This document shows, one piece after another, positions 58,401-64,000 of a DNA stretch of 64,000 nucleotides. The notes beneath the pieces were generated by a model. It saw nothing but the letters and a program-made list of their open reading frames with translations. It had not been told where the DNA came from and searched no databases. Position numbers and translations under genes: made by a program. The DNA is from Macrostomum lignano (lineage: Eukaryota), in contig NIVC01001081.1 of assembly GCA_002269645.1 (NCBI GenBank), positions 1 through 64,000 of the forward strand, written 5' to 3'. Every line of letters starts with the position of its first letter. Position 1 is the stretch's first letter.

Positions 58401-61400
58401 GTGCAAGACTTGGAAGTTTATATTCTTAGACCTTTTTGGACCAGAGATCTTCCCGGATCTGTCTCCATTAACCCGTCTCTATGAACCTGTCTTTGTGAAC
58501 CTGTCTTTGAGAACCTGTCTTTGTGAACCTGTCTTTGAGAACCTGTCTCTGTGAATCTGTCTCTGTAAACCTGTCTCTGTGAACCTGTCTTTGAGAACCT
58601 GTCTCTGTGAACCTGTCTTTGAGAACCTGTCTCTGTGAACCTGTCTCTGTGAACCTGTCTCTGTGAAACTGTCTTTGAGAACCTGTCTTTGTGAACCTGT
58701 ATTTGAGAACCTGTCTCTGTGAACCTGTCTCTGTGAACCTGTCTCTGTGAACCTGTCTCTGTGAACCTGTCTCTGTGAACCTGTCTCTGTGAAACTGTCT
58801 TTGAGAACCTGTCTCTGTGAACCTGTCTCTGTGAACCTGTCTCTGTGAACCTGTCTCTGTGAACCTGTCTCAGTGAACCTGTCTTTGAGAACCTGTCTTT
58901 GAGAACCTGTCTCTGTGAACCTCTCTCTGTGAACCTGTCTCTGTGAACCTGTCTATAGGTTCATAGCGCACCTGCTGCAGAGCCTCCACCAGCTGAGCCT
59001 TCTGATCCGGCGAGAATCTGGCGAACACGGTGCCCTTCACAACCAGCTTGGGTATGAGGTGGGGGAAATTGGCCCGCACAATCTCCCAGGACCGGCCGGT
59101 CATGGCCAGATGATAGTTGCCCTCCCGGATGTCGATTTCCGGATCCCTGGCGTTCAGCATGGAGAAGGCGTGCTCGGGCACCACCTCGCGCACTTTCTTG
59201 CGCAGGTCGCCGGCGTAGTGGAAATCCACCTGCGCCTTGAAGGGCGGCTCCGCCGGGGTGCCCTGCACCAGGATCACCGAGTCCTGGTCGCCGATGATGT
59301 CGCAGTCTCTGGCGGGCGGTTAGCGACATCGGGGTTAATTATTTGTACTTTCGGATTGGGGAATCTCGTAAATGCGGCAAATTGGGAAGAATCTTCCTTT
59401 TTGGAGCTCCCAATCCCTGTCATTTCGTTACTTTTTAGCGGGAAGTACCTTCTGTTAGGCAATAACTTATCTACAGGAATTTGTCGACTAAGAGGAAACA
59501 GCTGCTTGTAGGGAATCTATTTTCATTGCTGGATTCACTAATTCGTTACCGTTGGGGAATCCCTAATAGTTTAGGAATCCCTTAATAGTTAGGTAATCCC
59601 GTATAGTTCGGGAATCCCGTATAGTTTGGGAATCTCTTATAGGTGGGGAATCACCTATAGTTGGGGAATCCCCAATAGTTTAGGAATCCCTTAATAGTTG
59701 GGGAATCCCTAATAGTTTAGGAATCCCTTAATAGTTGGGGAATCCCTTATAGTTTAGGAATCCCGTATAGTTCGGGAATCCCGTATAGTTGGGGAATCTC
59801 TTATAGTTGGGGAATCTCCTATAGTTGGGGAATCCCCAATAGTTTAGGAATCCCTTAATAGTTGGGGAATCCCCAATAGTTAAGGAATCCCTTAATAGTT
59901 GGGGAATCCCTTAATAGTTGGGGAATCCTGTATAGTTGGGGAATCCCGTATAGTTGGGGAATCCATTACCAGTGGGGAATCCCTAATAGTCGGGGAATCC
60001 CTTACCGGTGGGGAATCCCTAATAGTTGGGAAATCCCTTATCGCTTGGGAATCCCTAATAGTTGGGAAATCCCTTATCGCTAGGGAATCCGGTATGTTTG
60101 GGGAACCCCTTTTCAGTGGGAATCCAGCATACTTGGGGAATTTCTCATTGGGGTAAGTCCCGAATCCGAAATCCCTAAGCTCACCTAGCGACGCTCAGGG
60201 CAGTGAGGATGTTATCACCCGTCACCATCACGGGCCGGATGTTAGCATTGAGCAGCTCGTGAATGACTCGAGTTGTCTGCGGCTTCAGCCGGTTCTCCAT
60301 CACCAGCAGGCCCAGGAAGATGAGCTCCCGTTCAACGGACTCCCGCCCGATCTTCTGCGCCTTCAGGTAGGAGATCCTCAGCGGCTTGTAGGCCAGGCCG
60401 ATCACCCGGTAGCCCTGGCGGGTGTACAGCATCAGGCAGTCGTGGAAGGAGGCCGGGATGGTCTCCGGCCGGCACAGGGACTGCACCATCTCCGGGAGCC
60501 TTTCACGTAGGCGGTGAAATGGTCCGCGCCCAGGCGCCGGGCGATGACGGACATGCGCTGGAGGCTGGAGCTGAAGGTGAACTGCCGCACAATGCCGATC
60601 TCGCACGGCGTCCGTTGCGACTCTTCCGGTTGCGTCTGGCCGGCCGGCTGGCGGACGATGGTGGACACGAGCTGGTCGAACTTCTTGTGGTCGTCCCGCT
60701 CGGGCTCTTCGAGCTGCCACCCGGTGCTGAGGAACATCTTCAGGTCCAGCGGGTCGCCAGACAGCTCGCCCTCGATGCGAGTGAGGGTGTGGCAGGTGGC
60801 CATGGCCTCCAGGAACGGGCTGCTGGCCAGGCTGTCCGGTTGGTGCACCTGCGGGTGTTGGCGGCATGGCTTAGCGGGCGGCGAGCTGACAATGGGGACT
60901 CAGCGATTCTGGGACGGGCTTGGAATTGGGATCTGGCGTTTGAGGGTCTGGATTTGAGATTAGGGGATCTGAATTTCGGATTTCGGATTCGAGGAACTAG
61001 ATTTGGGATTTGGGATTTGAGGATTTGGATTTGAGATTTGGGGATCTTAATTTCGGATTTGGGATTCGAGGAACTAGATTTGGGATTTGGGATTTGAGGA
61101 TTTGGATTTGAGATTTGGGGATCTGAATTTAGGATTTGGGATTCGAGGAACTAGATTTGGGATTTGGGATTTGAGGATTTGGATTTGAGATTTGGGGATC
61201 TGAATTTAGGATTTGGGATTCGAGGTTATGAATTCGGGATTTGGGATTCGGCATTCGAGGATCTAAAGTTGGGATTTTGGATTTGGGGATCTAATTCCAG
61301 AATTTGGGATTTGGGGAATTAATTTCAGGATTTGGATTTGAGATTTGCGATTTCTGGTTTGTAATTTTCAATCTAAGATTCGGGATTTGGGATTGTTAGT

Positions 61401-64000
61401 TTGAGATTTCGGACCTGAGCAACTGGATTTGTGAGCAACTCCTCACCGGCTGAGCGAAGGTGTCACCCTCGTGGGCAGGACGCCCCACAAGTCCAGCCCG
61501 TCCTCCGTCAGGGTGCCGGTCTTGTCGAAGCAGACAGCATTGAGGGTGCCGGACACGTTGATCTGGTTGGGCGAGATGCAGAAAATCTTGGCCTTGCGCA
61601 GGCGAGTCTGGGCGAACACGATGCCCACCGTCATGGCCGCGGGCAGCGCCGGGGGCACCACGATGGTGATCAGGTCTAGGGCCCGGATGATCATCTTGCT
61701 GACCGGGTAGCCGCGGCTGTGCATCAGCACCACCGTGTACACGAATCCGGCCAGGGCGAACATGCCCAGCACCATCAGGTAGTGAATCACGTCCTGGGGG
61801 ATTCGATTTTGTGACTGTGATCCCATTGTGACTCTCTGTGATCCCATTGTGACTCTCTGTGATCCCATTGTGACTCTCTGTGATCCCATTGTGACTCTCT
61901 GTGATCCCATTGTGACTCTCTGTGATCCCATTGTGACTCTCTGTGATCCCATTGTGACTCTCTGTGATCCCATTGTGACTCTCTGTGATCCTATTGTGAC
62001 TCTCTGTGATCCCATTGTGACTTTCTGTGATCCCATTGTGACTCTCTGTGATCCCATTGTGACTCTCTGTGATCCCATTGTGACTCTCTGTGATCCCATT
62101 GTGACTCTCTGTGATCCCATTGTGACTCTCTGTGATCCCATTGTGACTCTCTGTGATCCCATTGTGACTCTCTGTGATCCTATTGTGACTCTCTGTGATC
62201 CCATTGTGACTCTCTGTGATCCCATTGTGACTCTCTGTGATCCCATTGTGACTCTCTGTGATCCCATTGTGACTCTCTGTGATCCCATTGTGACTCTCTG
62301 TGATCCCATTGTGACTCTCTGTGATCCCATTGTGACTCTCTGTGATCCCATTGTGACTCTCTGTGATCCTATTGTGACTCTCTGTGATCCTATTGTGACT
62401 CTCTGTGATCCTATTGTGACTCTCTGTGATCCCATTGTGACTCTCTGTGATCCTATTGTGACTCTCTGTGATCCCATTATGACTCTCTGTGATCCCATTA
62501 TGACTCTCTGTGATCCCATTGTGACTCTCTGTGATCCCATTGTGACTGTGATCCCATTGTTACTCTGTGATCCTATTGTGACTCTGTAATCCCATTGTGA
62601 CTCTCTGTAATCCTATTGTGACTCTGTGACTCGATTGTGATTCTGTGACGCGATTGTGACTGTGACCCGATTGTGATTCTGTGACCCCATTGTGACTCTG
62701 TGACCCATTGTGACTGTGACCCCATTGTGATTCTGTGACCCCATTGTGACTCTCTGACCCATTGTGACTTTGTGACCCATTGGGACTTTGTGATCTCATT
62801 GTGATTCTGTGGAGTCATTGTTGTAACTCTGTGATCCCACCATGATTTTGTGATTCTGCCATGACTCTCTTTGTTTCCACCGTGACTCTTTTTGATCCCT
62901 TCTAGCTGTGACCCCATAGCACAATGATCCCATAGCACAATGATCCCATCGCACAATGATCCCATAGCACAATGATCCCATAGCACAATGATCCCATAGC
63001 ACAATGATCCCATCGCACAATGACCCCATAGCACAATGATCCCATAGCACAATGATCCCATAGCACAATGATCCCATAGCACAATGATCCCATAGCACAA
63101 TGATCCCATAGCACAATGATCCCATTGCACAATGATCCCATAGCACAATGATCCCATAGCACAATGATCCCATAGGACAATGATCCCATCGCACAATGAC
63201 CCCATAGCACAATGATCCCATAGCACAATGATCCCATAGCACAATGATCCCATCGCACAATGATCCCATAGCACAATGATCCCATAGCACAATGGTCCCA
63301 TAGCACAATGATCCCATAGCACAATGATCCCATAGCACAATGATCCCATAGCACAATGATACCATAGCACAATGATCCCATAGCACAATGGTCCCATAGC
63401 ATAATGATACCATAGCACAATGATCCCATAGCACAATGGTCCCATAGCACAATGATCCCATAGCACAATGATCCCATAGCACAATGATCCTATAGCACAA
63501 TGGTCCCATAGCACAATGATCCCATAGCACAATGATCCCATAGCACAATGATCCTATAGCACAATGGTCCCATAGCACAATGACCCATGATCCCAAATCG
63601 CTCACCTGGTTGAACTTGAACTCGATAGGCTTGGGGAACAAAATCGAACGGATCATTTCCCCCTTGGCGGTCATGAACCCGGTGCGAACCACCACCGCAC
63701 GGACGCGGCTGCCCTCGACGAAGCGGGTCTGGATGACCTTCGTGCCGCAGAACAGCACGTGCTTGTTGTGCTCGCGGACATTGAAGATCAACTCCGGCTT
63801 GCTGCGGACTTTCTGCTGCTGCAGTTGCTGCTTCTTCCGGGAGCTGCTGGGATCCGGCAGGGGTGTCTTGAGCACGGGCACGCTCTCCCCGGTCAGCATG
63901 CTCTCATTCACAATGCAGTTGCCAGCTATGAGCACCGCGTCGCACTGCATGACGCAGCCGTTCTTGGGGATTTCAATGACGTCGCCGGGGACCAGGAGGT
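46430..64000 (-). CDS. ATP13A3: P5B-type P-ATPase (ATP13A2/3 family; polyamine-transporter clade), 5'-partial
   Basis: Exons (minus): >64000-63606, 61793-61447, 60848-60185, 59308-58972, 57501-56874, 56799-56711, 47623-47375, 46660-46430. Motifs: [16 protein letters not shown] (P5B signature), [61 protein letters not shown]. Two 1-bp deletions (~61470, ~60495) must be assumed. Exact paralogue not resolvable; the symbol is family-level. Confidence 0.93.
46672..47360. repeat. ATP13A last-intron minisatellite (22 bp, GTGTCAGGGACCGCTGATCGGA)
   Basis: About 31 units filling intron 46661-47374. Confidence 0.97.
47650..56685. repeat. 9-kb 10/11-bp purine-rich satellite (GACAGGGGAA with variants) filling one ATP13A intron
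   Basis: Intron 47624-56710. Variants include gacaggagaa, gacaaggagaa, gtcaggggaa and gactggggaa; block duplications are visible. Confidence 0.98.
57515..57850. repeat. ATP13A intronic 20-bp minisatellite (GAATCGTGTGGTAGGGTGGA)
   Basis: Adjacent to the acceptor at 57502. Confidence 0.9.
58470..58960. repeat. ATP13A intronic 14-bp minisatellite (GAACCTGTCTCTGT)
   Basis: Adjacent to the donor at 58971. Confidence 0.95.
59550..60150. repeat. ATP13A intronic ~19-bp minisatellite (ATAGTTGGGGAATCCCC/T)
   Basis: Degenerate tandem with a near-palindromic GGGAATCCC core. Confidence 0.9.
60920..61430. repeat. ATP13A intronic degenerate (GGATTT/GGGATTT)n array
   Basis: Fills intron 60849-61446 and includes ~60-bp block repeats. 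Confidence 0.85.
61810..62790. repeat. ATP13A intronic 21-bp minisatellite (GATCCCATTGTGACTCTCTGT)
   Basis: Homogeneous to ~62540, degenerate after that. Confidence 0.97.
62905..63590. repeat. ATP13A intronic 16-bp minisatellite (GATCCCATAGCACAAT)
   Basis: About 42 units, in the same intron as the 21-bp array. Confidence 0.97.

Noticed and set aside
60920-61430. GGGATT array as interstitial telomere
   Set aside because: GGGATT is not a permutation of TTAGGG (which gives GGGTTA) or of its complement.

Overview
Eukaryotic (animal) genomic DNA. GC-rich exons, AT-rich spacers and minisatellites in most introns resemble the flatworm Macrostomum (inference; not confirmed). Three spliced genes can be reconstructed by eye. 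(1) A 3-exon minus-strand gene for a PAN/apple + ALK/LTK-type glycine-rich protein with no kinase or TM segment (~20.9-22.25 kb). (2) A complete 9-exon Gemin5 on + (37031-43893, ~1338 aa). (3) The 3' part of a P5B-type ATPase (ATP13A2/3 family) on -, from beyond 64000 to 46430, with a 9.1 kb intron made of a 10-bp purine satellite. There is also an orphan terminal exon encoding a C-terminal TM segment (34937-35287). Mobile DNA comprises a two-LTR but decayed Gypsy/Ty3 element (9996-14693) inserted into a 19-bp satellite, a second Gypsy remnant (26.1-28.3 kb, minus), a foldback/MULE-like non-autonomous element with a 9-10 bp TSD (23056-24853) and tRNA-derived SINEs. More than 25 distinct tandem arrays are present. 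Main observations: almost every larger intron carries its own array. Repeat-bearing introns tend to end in CCGCAG. Many unrelated arrays share an ATCCC/GGGAT core. Two Gemin5 introns carry the same 23-mer in opposite orientation around two phase-0 exons. Most long ORFs in the supplied track are repeat artefacts. Copy numbers are approximate, counted by eye.
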